A program made the translations under genes and the position numbers. From NCBI GenBank assembly GCA_965261545.1, contig CBDHDF010000002.1, positions 768,001-832,000 on the forward strand: 64,000 nucleotides of DNA, written 5' to 3'. The notes below the pieces were generated by a model. It saw nothing but the letters and a program-made list of their open reading frames with translations, made no database searches and was not told the DNA's origin. Below, piece after piece: positions 40,663-51,195 of the stretch (the stretch's first letter is position 1; every line of letters starts with the position of its first letter). Source of the DNA: Bdellovibrionales bacterium (GTDB lineage: Bacteria > Bdellovibrionota > Bdellovibrionia > Bdellovibrionales > UBA1609).

Positions 40663-41706
40663 ATGATAAAACACAACAATAGCGTCTTAGGTTTTTTAAA
40701 ATGTTCTTTCATTTCTTTAACTTCTTTTTGTGTCTTAGCAATAATTATCCAAGTCATAAATTTTGCAGCTATTCCTTCCCAAGCTACTTATAGTGAAATT
40801 AAGGGAGACAATATTTATACAATCAGTCCCATCACGGATGAGTGGACCGATCCAGAATTTACCTCTTTTCTTATTGAATCCTCTGTGTACACTTTGGCGA
40901 CCCAAGTGAAAGAAATGAATGAGGCTGGACTTATCCCAAAACAGTTTCTATCTACGGATGATCTGGATCAATTCACTTTGGTCAAAGAAGAAATCAAAAA
41001 ATCCATAAAGCATTTGAGTGAGATGATTTCCAATGAGAGTACACCAAGCTATCTCAAAAGTTTTGGTTCATGGAGTCCCAAGGCGATCATGGTGTTCTTG
41101 AGTGAAATAGCCAGTTTCAATTTGAAAGTTGGAGTGGATGGAATGGGAGTGATTGGCATAGTCATTATGCCTGTCACAGTTGTTCGCACCAATATACGAA
41201 CGGGTGAGGTCAGTAAGCCCTACTTTGATGTGAGAACTCATTTTGCCACAGCAGTGGCCGGAGGTCTTGGCGCAGGATTAGGTGGCGGTATTCGCACGGG
41301 CCTAGGAGCTATGGTCATTCTTGGTGGCCCTCATTTCACAAGACCTGAGCAGTTTTGGGGAACCGGAGTGGGCCTCTCTCAATCTGCAAGCTTGCTGGGA
41401 GTGGGTGTTGACTTCCGACAGGGTATTTTGTTCAACTCAGAACTTCCGGATGCGGTGGATTTTCTCTACTTTACTGCCTCTTGGCAAATGGGGGTGGTTG
41501 CCACAATGGAAAGTCACGTAAATGGGATTGTCGTTTCCCCCATCGAGTCCCTCTTAAAACTCATTGGAAACACGAGTACGGACAAATCAGAGGAAGCTTC
41601 CTATAGAGAATACCTTTTGAAAATCGAGGAAAAACTTAAGTATAAAACGCGAGATGTCCTAGAAAGCCATTCCAATGAACCGCCTATTTCTGGCCCTGGC
41701 CAGTAA
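40663..41706 (+). CDS. hypothetical exported/membrane protein with Gly-rich segments
   Basis: 347-aa ORF with GAGGGG RBS and N-terminal hydrophobic segment. Confidence 0.65.
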   Translation: MIKHNNSVLGFLKCSFISLTSFCVLAIIIQVINFAAIPSQATYSEIKGDNIYTISPITDEWTDPEFTSFLIESSVYTLATQVKEMNEAGLIPKQFLSTDDLDQFTLVKEEIKKSIKHLSEMISNESTPSYLKSFGSWSPKAIMVFLSEIASFNLKVGVDGMGVIGIVIMPVTVVRTNIRTGEVSKPYFDVRTHFATAVAGGLGAGLGGGIRTGLGAMVILGGPHFTRPEQFWGTGVGLSQSASLLGVGVDFRQGILFNSELPDAVDFLYFTASWQMGVVATMESHVNGIVVSPIESLLKLIGNTSTDKSEEASYREYLLKIEEKLKYKTRDVLESHSNEPPISGPGQ

Positions 41707-42390
41707 TTGAGTTGTAAGAGTTGGGAAGAAGTAGAAATAGTGAACGTGGGCTGGGTCCAAAAAGCCCACGGTATAAAAGGGGAAATCTATGTGCGCTTCT
41801 ATAATCCACAGCATCCACAAAGAGAGTGGCTCCATGGGTTAGAAAGCTTTGTTCTTAATCCACCCTCCCCCTCCTACAGTCGATCTCAAAATAGAAAAGA
41901 TACAACAACAACCTTTGGAGATAAAAAAAATACAAGCACAAACCATCCCAAAGAATTTGAATTCACATCTAAATCTGACTCTATCCATTGTGTGCTCAAA
42001 CAAGCTCGTCCCCACAAAGAGGGAATCATCATTCAGTGCTTAGAGTGCAATGATCGAAATCGTGCTGAAGAACTTAAAGGTTATACTATGGGAGTTCCCC
42101 AGAAGTGTTTAGTCGCTCCCGAGGGAGAAATATATCTCAACCAAATCTTGAACTTTGAAGTCATTGTCAAAAACCGTGGAGTTATTGGCCATATTCAGAG
42201 TTTTAAAAGCCATAAAGTTCAAGACAATCTCATCATCAAAGGTCTCAAGTGGACCTATGAAATTCCATTTGTGGATGAGTACATTGATCAAATTTGTTTT
42301 GATTCATCACAAGTATATTTAACACTACCCGAGGGTCTCTTGGAACTCTACGAACCCCATAACACGAACCTAGAACCTACTACTAAATAG
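41707..42390 (+). CDS. rimM: 16S rRNA processing protein RimM
   Basis: GWVQKAHGIKGE, DRNRAEELKG and EIPFV...LPEGLL motifs; lies before trmD; about 35-aa insertion. Confidence 0.88.
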   Translation: MSCKSWEEVEIVNVGWVQKAHGIKGEIYVRFYNPQHPQREWLHGLESFVLNPPSPSYSRSQNRKDTTTTFGDKKNTSTNHPKEFEFTSKSDSIHCVLKQARPHKEGIIIQCLECNDRNRAEELKGYTMGVPQKCLVAPEGEIYLNQILNFEVIVKNRGVIGHIQSFKSHKVQDNLIIKGLKWTYEIPFVDEYIDQICFDSSQVYLTLPEGLLELYEPHNTNLEPTTK

Positions 42391-42526
42391 CTATAGTCCC
42401 CTCTAGCTCATCACCATCATGGTCAATAAGTGGCTATGGTGGGGGATTTTTGGCATAGCCATGGATCACCTCGTCCCCAGAGACAAGGCGACTTTAATTG
42501 AGTGTAGTATTATTATATAGATAGTT

Positions 42527-43315
42527 ATGCAGTTTAATATAGTCACTCTTTTCCAAGAGATCATTCAGTCAGCCATGGACTATGGTGTTGTGGGTCGAGC
42601 CATCCAGCGAGGTCTCGTTCAACTTCAATTTGTCAACCCTCGCCAATTTACAGAAGATATTCACAGAACTATTGATGATCGTCCTTTTGGAGGAGGAGAC
42701 GGAATGTTATTGATGGCAGAACCATTGAAGAAATCCTTGGATTCCCTCGGTCAAGATTGTGGTCATGTTGTTTTTCTCTCTCCCCATGGTCGCAGGTGGT
42801 GTGTCCCCATGGTGGAACACTGGGTGAACACCTACTCAAAAATCACACTTATATGCGGACGCTATGGTGGTGTCGATCAAAGATTCATTGAAAAATATGT
42901 GGATGAAGAAATATCCCTTGGGGATTTTGTCTTAAGTGGTGGGGAAGTGGCAAGCCTTGTCATTATGGACTCCATCATTCGCAAAATCCCTGGCACTCTA
43001 GGCAATGAAATTTCTCACATCGAGGAGTCCTTTCAAAACTCTCTCCTCGAATATCCCCAATTCACCCGCCCTAGAAATTGGGAGGGGTTCAAAGTCCCCA
43101 AAGTGTTGCTTTCAGGCGACCATACCAAGGTTCAAGACTGGAAACAAAAATTATCATTGGTGAGAACAGCCCACTTAAGACCGGACCTCCTCAAACCCCA
43201 CCACAAAGAACACCTAGCTAAAGCCATCAAAGATATTTTAAACATGGATGACAATGAGTTGTCTTCTTGTGGCTTAAAGCGTTCCGACCTCATCTCTAAG
43301 CTATCTCACCAGTGA
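42527..43315 (+). CDS. trmD: tRNA (guanine37-N1)-methyltransferase
   Basis: DDRPFGGGDGM, CGRYGGVDQR, SLGDFVLSGGE and LEYPQFTRP motifs. Confidence 0.95.
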   Translation: MQFNIVTLFQEIIQSAMDYGVVGRAIQRGLVQLQFVNPRQFTEDIHRTIDDRPFGGGDGMLLMAEPLKKSLDSLGQDCGHVVFLSPHGRRWCVPMVEHWVNTYSKITLICGRYGGVDQRFIEKYVDEEISLGDFVLSGGEVASLVIMDSIIRKIPGTLGNEISHIEESFQNSLLEYPQFTRPRNWEGFKVPKVLLSGDHTKVQDWKQKLSLVRTAHLRPDLLKPHHKEHLAKAIKDILNMDDNELSSCGLKRSDLISKLSHQ

Positions 43316-43469
43316 CAAGTCAATTAACTTTGTGTAGCTCATGGGATAGCCCTATGCATTAATTGTGGATTCATAATGCCTTGGCTTGACCAAAAACCTC
43401 AGTCAATGATAGCTGTAAGGATTAAATGGGATTAAAATATATTTTAGTATTGGAATGGGAGATAACAAA

Positions 43470-43841
43470 ATGTCAGACTTAGCCACTCAAGTGACCTTTG
43501 GGAAGATTCAAATCAAAGCCTTTCCAAAATTTAAGTCAGGGGACACCATTGGTGTTCATGTAAAGGTCAAAGAGGGAGAAAAAGAACGAATTCAGCTCTT
43601 TAAGGGAATTGTCATCAAAGTGCAGGGCAAGGGCATGGGGCGAAGCTTTACTGTGCGTAAAATTGCCAGTGGAGTGGGCGTTGAACGAACCTTTCCCTTT
43701 TCCAGTCCCGCCATTGAGAAGATCGATTTAATAGCTCGTGGAAAAGTGAGAAGAGCCCGGTTATTTTTTCTACGTAAATTGAGTGGTCGCGCAGCTCGAC
43801 TGGAATCAGAGCTTGTCCGCCCCGATGAAAATAAAAATTGA
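43470..43841 (+). CDS. rplS: 50S ribosomal protein L19
   Basis: [26 protein letters not shown] and GKVRRARL motifs. Confidence 0.96.
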   Translation: MSDLATQVTFGKIQIKAFPKFKSGDTIGVHVKVKEGEKERIQLFKGIVIKVQGKGMGRSFTVRKIASGVGVERTFPFSSPAIEKIDLIARGKVRRARLFFLRKLSGRAARLESELVRPDENKN

Positions 43842-44508
43842 AGCTTTTCCATGGCAAGAATTGCGCCCCCAACCTGTTATAGGGGTGGATGAGGTGGGGC
43901 GTGGCTGTCTCGCAGGCCCTGTCTATGCCGCTGCGGTGGCCATGGATGCCAATACCATAAGTCATTATGTCTCTGCCTCCTCCACAAAGCAGAATCATTT
44001 CAAAGACTCTAAGGCTCTTTCAGCCCTTCAAAGGGAGACACTGTGTCTCGAAATCAAGAACAACTACTTATTTGGCCTAGGCTCGGCCAATGTAGAAGAA
44101 ATATCACGGATGAATATTCTATGGGCTTCCCTTCTGGCTATGAAAAGAGCCGTGAACACATTGACCTCCCAGTTCAAGGGAGGGTTTCAAGGACATGTTC
44201 TCGTCGATGGAAATCATACTATCCCCAATCTTGATGCCTGTATTCAAACACCTCTTATCAAAGGTGACCAACGGGCCATGCCTATTGCAGCAGCTTCTAT
44301 TGTGGCCAAAGTTCATAGGGACCAGTGGATGACTGAGGTAGCGGCTCACAAATATCCCAATTATGGTTTTGAAAAACACAAGGGCTACTCCACAGCCACT
44401 CACAAAAAAGCCATTGCCCACTGGGGACCCACAGAGATCCATCGCCCTACTTTTTCGGGGGTCAAGGAGTTTTTGCATGGGTTCCCACATGATAGTCATA
44501 GTCACTGA
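43825..44508 (+). CDS. rnhB: ribonuclease HII
   Basis: [30 protein letters not shown] and HKGY motifs. Confidence 0.94.
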   Translation: MKIKIEAFPWQELRPQPVIGVDEVGRGCLAGPVYAAAVAMDANTISHYVSASSTKQNHFKDSKALSALQRETLCLEIKNNYLFGLGSANVEEISRMNILWASLLAMKRAVNTLTSQFKGGFQGHVLVDGNHTIPNLDACIQTPLIKGDQRAMPIAAASIVAKVHRDQWMTEVAAHKYPNYGFEKHKGYSTATHKKAIAHWGPTEIHRPTFSGVKEFLHGFPHDSHSH

Positions 44509-44606
44509 TAAATAGACTAAATAAATGGTCATGATGATCACTGATAAGCAGTGGGTAAGATGGCCAATGAACCTCTTGGCACAGAATATGCACCTATGAA
44601 AATGCC

Positions 44607-45092
44607 ATGATAATAAATAAGAATAAAAATAGAGCTAAGAATAGAAATAAAGATCAAAATCCAAGCCTTGAGAGGAGGGCTAAGAAATATCCATGGCCTC
44701 TTGGAGTTCCTCAAAAGCTCACACCTCCTTACTTGTCAAATCTACAAAATTCCACCAAACTCGCCAGGGGAGTTTATTGTGAGTTTGTCGCTGAAGAAAT
44801 CTTTATCAAAAATTCCTATCAACTTCTCGCTCGTTCTTTCAAAACGCCCTATGCTGAAATTGACCGGCTCTTTATCTCACCGCAAAGAGAGCACGTCATT
44901 CTTGAAGTCAAGTCTATAGGAGGATGGAGTGAGGTGCCAGCCATTCACAAAGGTCAAAAGCAACGGCTTCACCGAGTTTTAGAGTATTTCACTGCTCAAC
45001 TCAAATCCCCTGTGGAAATTATGTACATGACTTTCACACAAGAATACTGGGCACTTTACGAAGAAACTTTTGAAACCTCGACGCTATACTAA
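44607..45092 (+). CDS. YraN-family (UPF0102) endonuclease-like protein
   Basis: G...E...A, AEID and LEVKS motifs; position after rnhB; start uncertain. Confidence 0.75.
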   Translation: MIINKNKNRAKNRNKDQNPSLERRAKKYPWPLGVPQKLTPPYLSNLQNSTKLARGVYCEFVAEEIFIKNSYQLLARSFKTPYAEIDRLFISPQREHVILEVKSIGGWSEVPAIHKGQKQRLHRVLEYFTAQLKSPVEIMYMTFTQEYWALYEETFETSTLY

Positions 45093-45106
45093 GGAAATAA
45101 CCCTGT

Positions 45107-45898
45107 ATGATAAAATCTCAAGTCCATATTGAAGAACTCTATAAAAGTTATCATCATGAGATTGTCCAATTGCCCCATATTCTGCAAGGGGAGGGGGTCA
45201 CTCTACACTCAGGTCGTAATATTATAAAAAAAATAACTCTCTCCATCCAGAACCTCCCATCATTGGATGTCACCATTAAATCCTTTTCTCTACCACTATG
45301 GCCCCAGGGGCTCATTTATACATATGGACGCCCTTCCAAGGCTGTGCGTTGTATGGATCACGCTCGCAAACTCCTTGACCTCAAAGTCCCCACGCCAGAT
45401 CCTATTGCTTTCCTTGAATACCGGAAGTTTGAATGCCTTCGGCAAAGCTATTATATTTGCCGCTATCATCCCCATGATTTTAACTTGGCCTCTTTGCTTC
45501 AAGGGGGAGTTTCCCATGGTCCCAAAACAGAAGACCTTTTCAATGACTTTGTTCAATTTACTTTTCAACTCCATGAAAAGGGAGTCTTCCATCTTGACTA
45601 CAACCCAGGGAACATTCTTGTAACGGAAAAGGAGGGATCCTTTGAGTTTTCCATTGTAGATATCAACCGCCTTTGCTTTCAAACTATGGACATGAATGAC
45701 CGAATTTCTTGTCTTGTGCGAGTGACTTCCATTGTGGATTTTATACGAATTATAGGTGAAAAGTATGCAAAAATTTATGGAGTCAATGAAAAAGACTTTT
45801 GTCACAAACTTGAAAAATCTTTTTTTCAATTCAAAAGTCAGAGGCGTAGACTTCAAAAAATCAAGTCTTGGTTTCGATCAGGGTATGAAATTTCATGA
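45107..45898 (+). CDS. lipopolysaccharide kinase (Kdo/WaaP/InaA-like)
   Basis: GRN, IKSF, TPDPIA, LHEKGVFHLDYNPGNIL and VDINR motifs. Confidence 0.82.
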   Translation: MIKSQVHIEELYKSYHHEIVQLPHILQGEGVTLHSGRNIIKKITLSIQNLPSLDVTIKSFSLPLWPQGLIYTYGRPSKAVRCMDHARKLLDLKVPTPDPIAFLEYRKFECLRQSYYICRYHPHDFNLASLLQGGVSHGPKTEDLFNDFVQFTFQLHEKGVFHLDYNPGNILVTEKEGSFEFSIVDINRLCFQTMDMNDRISCLVRVTSIVDFIRIIGEKYAKIYGVNEKDFCHKLEKSFFQFKSQRRRLQKIKSWFRSGYEIS

Positions 45899-46017
45899 GA
45901 TAACATATTGTAATGGTTGTCGATGGAATATCTTTGCTTTCATTCTCTCTATTGTCTTTTTGGGTTGATATGGTAAGCAGGTATAAGTGTTGAGGCTTTT
46001 TTATTTGTGGTTTTCAA

Positions 46018-46045
46018 ATTGCCGATAAGTAGTATTATGTTACAT
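46018..46045 (+). other. putative chromosome dimer resolution site dif (XerC/XerD)
   Basis: ATTGCCGATAA-GTAGTA-TTATGTTACAT has 11-6-11 architecture; the right arm differs by one base from the E. coli XerD arm TTATGTTAAAT; intergenic. Confidence 0.7.
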
Positions 46046-46098
46046 TTTATTGTACTTGACTCCTAACTCCTCCATTTCACATTGGGACTACGATTAGA

Positions 46099-47046
46099 AT
46101 GTCTATCTTTCAATACAGTTCGCATTTCTGGATAGTTTTTATAAGATTTTCCTTTCATAGTCTATGGGTGATTTCTTGGATAACCTTTTTTATTCTTATT
46201 CTTATCCTTGTCCAGGGAAGCATTTTGTCACCTGTGAAGGCTCAGGCCACCCCTGTGGAAGATCAACCCATGAGCCGTCAAGACAACTCCATAGAATTGC
46301 CAAGCTATGGTGAATTAAAACATTGGGACAGTGAGCCAAATCGGAAAAAACTTATTAATGACACTTTGCAGCTTACTGCCCTTAGCGGAGGAATCTTAGC
46401 CACTATTTATTTACTTCCTGAGTCATACACCAACTGGGACAGAGATATCAAACCTAGTTTCAGCCAATGGAAAGAAAATATCACGACTCCCGTTATAGAT
46501 AAGGATGATTTTACATTGAACTATATAGGTCATCCCTATTTTGGAGCGACCTATGTTATGATTGCCAAAAGAGCAGGTTACAGTGATTGGCAGGCTCTTC
46601 ACTACTCTTTTTGGGCTTCGTTTACCTACGAGGCTATCGAGTCATTTGCCGAAGAAATTTCCATTCAAGACTTGTTTGTGACTCCTCTGGGAGGATATTT
46701 ATTTTACAAAGGTTTCACATATCTCGATCACCGCATTATTAAAAATAAGGGCAAGCTTCTGGGCTCCAAATTCTTAGCTCGCTTCATCCGTATTATGAAC
46801 CCTCTCCATGCGGTGGATTTCCCCCAATACCTCAAGAAAAAGTACAAGGATTTAACAAGGGCTGAGTTGGTTCGAACCCATGGAGAGCAAGCGATCTTAG
46901 ATTCCCAGTGGGATCGAGAGGAAAACCTACATTTAGGATTCCGCATTTCAAGACACCCTACCACTACTACCCACTGTCTATCCTACAGACTTCAAAAGTG
47001 CCCCAAAGAACCCCTATGGAATCTCGCCCTTCAAATAAAGTGGTAA
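46099..47046 (+). CDS. DUF3943-like exported/outer membrane protein
   Basis: DKDDFTLNYIGHPYFGATY and ESFAEEISIQDLFVTP motifs. Confidence 0.72.
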   Translation: MSIFQYSSHFWIVFIRFSFHSLWVISWITFFILILILVQGSILSPVKAQATPVEDQPMSRQDNSIELPSYGELKHWDSEPNRKKLINDTLQLTALSGGILATIYLLPESYTNWDRDIKPSFSQWKENITTPVIDKDDFTLNYIGHPYFGATYVMIAKRAGYSDWQALHYSFWASFTYEAIESFAEEISIQDLFVTPLGGYLFYKGFTYLDHRIIKNKGKLLGSKFLARFIRIMNPLHAVDFPQYLKKKYKDLTRAELVRTHGEQAILDSQWDREENLHLGFRISRHPTTTTHCLSYRLQKCPKEPLWNLALQIKW

Positions 47047-47171
47047 TACAACCTTCTTTCTCTTCAGTTCCTAGCTCCTCAGCTTCTCTCGCTGTCTCAA
47101 TTGACCTGCTGCAAGTTGTCATGCTAAAATGAGAAAGGTTCATTTGTAACTTTGTAACCTGAGGAGAAAGA

Positions 47172-48086
47172 ATGCTTAGAAGTAATAATAAAAGATGCAA
47201 TAAAATAAAGGAGTTTCACAGTCCTCTGAAAGATCTAAGGGGTTTTTTAAGATATTCCTCCGTGGTCTTTGTGTTTTTTATGCTTTTTTCTATAGCTTCA
47301 AATTCCAAAGCTCATGAAAAAAATAGCAACTCCACCCACCAAATAAACCACAATCAAAGCCATCTTACCACTCCCACATATTTCACAAAATCCGAATCAC
47401 CTTCACTCTCCTCCACAGCTATCTTTCTTGCCCAATCTGACATGGATGTCTACGATCCATTTGCGGACTACAGCGAGTTTGATGACAACTCCGATGAGGA
47501 AGCCGACCTCAATTTTTTCCGCGATGGGCGACTCTTTACCATGGGGGTGACCCTTGGCTACCAGAGTTTTACAGACACCATGGGGACCATTTTCACACCG
47601 GCTCCCCTCTTTGGTGTCTATTTAAGCTACTTTTTTAATCTCAGGTTTGCTCTTCAATTCAATGTGAACATCTCCAATGGTAATATTGACTTTCTTACGC
47701 TTGGGCAAAGAATTACTGGAAGTTCCACACGGACAGGGTTTGATATTAGCCTTAAGTATTACATAAACACTCAAAACATCACTCGAAATGTGGCCAGGTT
47801 CAACCCTTATTTTATTGGTGGCCTCAGCCATATGATTCTCTCAAGCAAGGTGAGTTCCAACACATCTGTGGCCAGCGACAACGGTTTTGGCACTATTCTT
47901 GGCGGAGGTATTGAAATCCCCATGAATCGCCAGGGCTCCATGTATCTAGGCATACAAGGAGCCTATAAATTTATCCACTTCAAAACCGTTGAAGGCCATG
48001 AATTCACTATTCAGCAAGGTCCCACAGGAATTATACCTCGCGGTGACCTATTTCATGTCAATGCCATCTTTGGTGTGAATTTTTAA
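47172..48086 (+). CDS. outer membrane beta-barrel protein
   Basis: Signal peptide; amphipathic strands; NPYFIGG; C-terminal Phe (GVNF). Confidence 0.75.
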   Translation: MLRSNNKRCNKIKEFHSPLKDLRGFLRYSSVVFVFFMLFSIASNSKAHEKNSNSTHQINHNQSHLTTPTYFTKSESPSLSSTAIFLAQSDMDVYDPFADYSEFDDNSDEEADLNFFRDGRLFTMGVTLGYQSFTDTMGTIFTPAPLFGVYLSYFFNLRFALQFNVNISNGNIDFLTLGQRITGSSTRTGFDISLKYYINTQNITRNVARFNPYFIGGLSHMILSSKVSSNTSVASDNGFGTILGGGIEIPMNRQGSMYLGIQGAYKFIHFKTVEGHEFTIQQGPTGIIPRGDLFHVNAIFGVNF

Positions 48087-48167
48087 CCCCCGCCCCATCG
48101 GGGTCAATTCACCCAAGCCACAAGCGAGCTTTGCATAACCTCTTAAGAGGGAAATTTCGAGGAGCTA

Positions 48168-48626
48168 TCAAGGCTCCAAAATATCACCACTTAAACCTAG
48201 AAATTCAGGGCCAAAGCTCTCTGGTAAAAGAGTTCTAAGTCTGCTTTCTTTAAATTCTCCATCAGCATTTGACATCACCACAAGACAATCTTCAGAAACA
48301 AACTCATTGAGAATCTGACGACAAAAACCACAGGGGGGCACAGTGCCCCCTTTTCTCGTAATGATAAAAATAGCTCGCATCTCCCTTTCCCCTTGACTCA
48401 CAGCCTTCCAAATCGCCACCCTCTCAGCACAAACACCTCCTCCTGAAGAAGCATTTTCTACATTGCAACCAGAGTAAATTCCCCCCCTCGAAGTGAGAAC
48501 AGCAGCACCCACATAAAATTGACTGTAGGGAGCATAGGCATTCTCAAGAGCCTTTTTTGCGCTGACCTCTAGCTCCTTCCGATGGCAGTCTGAAATTATC
48601 ACCTCTGACGCCTTAACTTTTGACAT
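48168..48626 (-). CDS. cdd: cytidine deaminase
   Basis: AYAPYSQF, GCNVENAS, CAER and PCGFCRQ motifs. Confidence 0.94.
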   Translation of the reverse strand: MSKVKASEVIISDCHRKELEVSAKKALENAYAPYSQFYVGAAVLTSRGGIYSGCNVENASSGGGVCAERVAIWKAVSQGEREMRAIFIITRKGGTVPPCGFCRQILNEFVSEDCLVVMSNADGEFKESRLRTLLPESFGPEFLGLSGDILEP

Positions 48627-48653
48627 TCTTGTTCCTCCACCGTAAAGCATCTC

Positions 48654-49046
48654 ATGATGCTATCTATTGCTAGAAAGACTTATTTAAGTTGTGGCTGGGA
48701 AACCCCTCCCATGAAGGGAGGATTCAACCTCACTCTGGAAACCTATATAAAAGGACCTTTAAACCCTAAAAGTGGCCTTATTGTCAATCTCTCCGACCTC
48801 GATACTGTTTTAAAAGACGTCACGAGTCCCTTTGACCACAAACATTTACAAAAAGACTTTCACGACTTAAATTTTCAATCCTTGGAAGACTTTGCCACCC
48901 ACTGCTTCTCTCAAATCCAATCTCACCCGTACTTATTGGAATGGAAGCAAAGCTCCATTTACCTAGAAAAACTCAAGATACACTATAGCCCAACAAAGTG
49001 GATCGAAGTGAAAAGCCATATAAATAGTGGGACCCAAAATCAGTGA
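48654..49046 (+). CDS. degenerate QueD/6-PTPS-fold protein
   Basis: GPLNPKSGLIVNLSDL...FDHKHL resembles PTPS; the N-terminal His and HGH Zn ligands are not seen. Confidence 0.6.
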   Translation: MMLSIARKTYLSCGWETPPMKGGFNLTLETYIKGPLNPKSGLIVNLSDLDTVLKDVTSPFDHKHLQKDFHDLNFQSLEDFATHCFSQIQSHPYLLEWKQSSIYLEKLKIHYSPTKWIEVKSHINSGTQNQ

Positions 49047-49125
49047 CTTGCTAAGTGACACAGCAAACAAAAACGCATAAAATCTACCTCCAGAAAACGG
49101 AAAAATAAAAGATTGACTTCATAGT

Positions 49126-51195
49126 TTATAAGAGAGATGGAAGCGGTTCTGTGTTCAAGTAACTTATACTCTCTTTAAATCTCATCTTCCCAAAGAACTC
49201 AATGAGAATCGCCAACTCAAGGTTCTCAGAAAGCATTGCCCAAAAAGTCTCTCTGTCAATGGAAAGAAGCATCACATTGTCGAGAGCTTTTACAGAAACA
49301 ATTCTTGGTATATTGGCAATGAGCGAAATCTCTCCAAAGAATCCTCCCTGTTTAATTTTACTTACAGCCTGGTCATTGGCATAAATACTCACAGAGCCTC
49401 GAATGATGAGGTAGAATCTATCTCCTAAATGCTGCTGTTCAAAGATGATCTCGTTGGCCTTATACCAAGCAACCTTCCCCTTCTCTTTAAGAAGAGAAAT
49501 AGAGGACTTGGATAGTCTCTTAAACATAGGAGAAGAATGGAAAAACTGATCCATAATAATAGCATTTTTAAAAAAATCTATCTCTTTAACCTCAGGATGA
49601 CTGGCCATGAGATTCTTTAAGAAATTGGCATCCACCTTGAAGACAAGAGAATCTTTCTTGGCAAGAACCTCTGCGGTCCGCCTCGTTTTTTCAATGAGAG
49701 CTATCTCACCGAAAATAGAAACAGGCTTGATATCTCCAAGGGTGCTAATTAAGTTAAAAAACTTATTTCTAACCTGTAAAACTCCGTCTAGCAATACAAA
49801 CAATTCTACACCAACATCACCCTGGATAATGATACGATGGCCTGGCTTGTACTTTACGACCTTGCCTTGGCCAACAATATGCTCAACCATGGAGTGACCT
49901 AGAGTTCCAAAAAGAGGCAAGTTTCTAAGTTCTTGAAATAGCTTGCGTCTATCGTAATTAGTAACATCTTCTGTATAGATAACCCTCTTCAACTTCATCC
50001 AAATTTCATTGAGAGGAGCCAAGAAATGGGCATAAGAGCTTTTAACAAGTTGCTTCAGTAAAACAGTAAGTACAAAAAGAGATATCGCAAAAAAAATCAA
50101 AATAGTCGCTCTGTCTGCAGTTGATTCCCAATGAAGAGAGGAAAGAAGTGAAGGTGCGATTTCGTAGGTATAGTAAATAATTCCACCAACGGCAATAATT
50201 GTCCAAAGAATGGCATACAAGGAGTGAGATTTACGCAAATGATGAAAAGACCATTTATCATTTGATTCGTAATCCATAAATTTTGAATAACTTTCTAGGA
50301 GCCAAGACACTTGATTAAAATGATCATCGTTGCTAAAACGCTTGAACAATTGGCTTATATCACCGTAACCAAAGGGATTTAAATTGTAGATAAAGAGAAT
50401 AAATGCGACAAGATAGACTTGCATCAAGAGCCAATGCTCGATTCCAAAAAATGAGAGAAGATAAGTAAATAAGAAATAACAAGGTATACTACAAAGGAAA
50501 TACAAACCTACGCCCAGACGATTTGAATAAGACAGTACAGCCTCGAAACTCACATGGACATACAGGCAAAGTCCATTAAAAAGAAGCCTCACATTATAAG
50601 CATTTCCTAGTAGCAAAAGTTGTAAACCCAATTGCATAATGTACTTTAAACTCAAAAAAAGTGATAAGCAAAATAGCAAACTCAATCCGCTTTGCCAGTA
50701 GCTCCCCCCTGCCACTAAAAAACCATTAAAAATTTCCAACAAAGGAAATTGAGAAGCTGCAAAAAGGGAAAACAAAAGAATGGCCACTGAAAATAAATAA
50801 AAGCATAGATGATAAGCCCTAGAACACACAATGGGACGAATGGAAAACTGACGAAACGGTTTAGATACTTCTAGAAAGTTATCCAGCCATGAAAACCATC
50901 CTGTGTGGGGGCTCAAAGAAGTATTATCAAGCTTGGCACTATTTTCTAAAAATCCCTTATCCTTAAGGCGTGATAAAGACTTCATCAACATGCCAAAATG
51001 AAAGGTCTTCTGAGCCCCATGGCTCTTCGCCACAATCTCTGGCAGAGTTCTCTTTCCATTGAAGTAAATCAGAAAGTGAAGAGCATGAATAGGAAGAAAA
51101 ACATACCTTACATCTGATTTAAGAAGAATCTGATCGTTGTGAAAAGATAGTTCGGAGGGACGAAGCTTTGGACGAAATTCCTCTAAACTAGGCAT
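49126..51195 (-). CDS. membrane protein with M50-like TM region and two cyclic-nucleotide-binding domains
   Basis: FGEIALIEKTRRTA and FFGEISLIANIPRIVSV phosphate-binding cassettes; NLNPFGYGD; multiple TM helices. Confidence 0.82.
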   Translation of the reverse strand: MPSLEEFRPKLRPSELSFHNDQILLKSDVRYVFLPIHALHFLIYFNGKRTLPEIVAKSHGAQKTFHFGMLMKSLSRLKDKGFLENSAKLDNTSLSPHTGWFSWLDNFLEVSKPFRQFSIRPIVCSRAYHLCFYLFSVAILLFSLFAASQFPLLEIFNGFLVAGGSYWQSGLSLLFCLSLFLSLKYIMQLGLQLLLLGNAYNVRLLFNGLCLYVHVSFEAVLSYSNRLGVGLYFLCSIPCYFLFTYLLSFFGIEHWLLMQVYLVAFILFIYNLNPFGYGDISQLFKRFSNDDHFNQVSWLLESYSKFMDYESNDKWSFHHLRKSHSLYAILWTIIAVGGIIYYTYEIAPSLLSSLHWESTADRATILIFFAISLFVLTVLLKQLVKSSYAHFLAPLNEIWMKLKRVIYTEDVTNYDRRKLFQELRNLPLFGTLGHSMVEHIVGQGKVVKYKPGHRIIIQGDVGVELFVLLDGVLQVRNKFFNLISTLGDIKPVSIFGEIALIEKTRRTAEVLAKKDSLVFKVDANFLKNLMASHPEVKEIDFFKNAIIMDQFFHSSPMFKRLSKSSISLLKEKGKVAWYKANEIIFEQQHLGDRFYLIIRGSVSIYANDQAVSKIKQGGFFGEISLIANIPRIVSVKALDNVMLLSIDRETFWAMLSENLELAILIEFFGKMRFKESISYLNTEPLPSLL

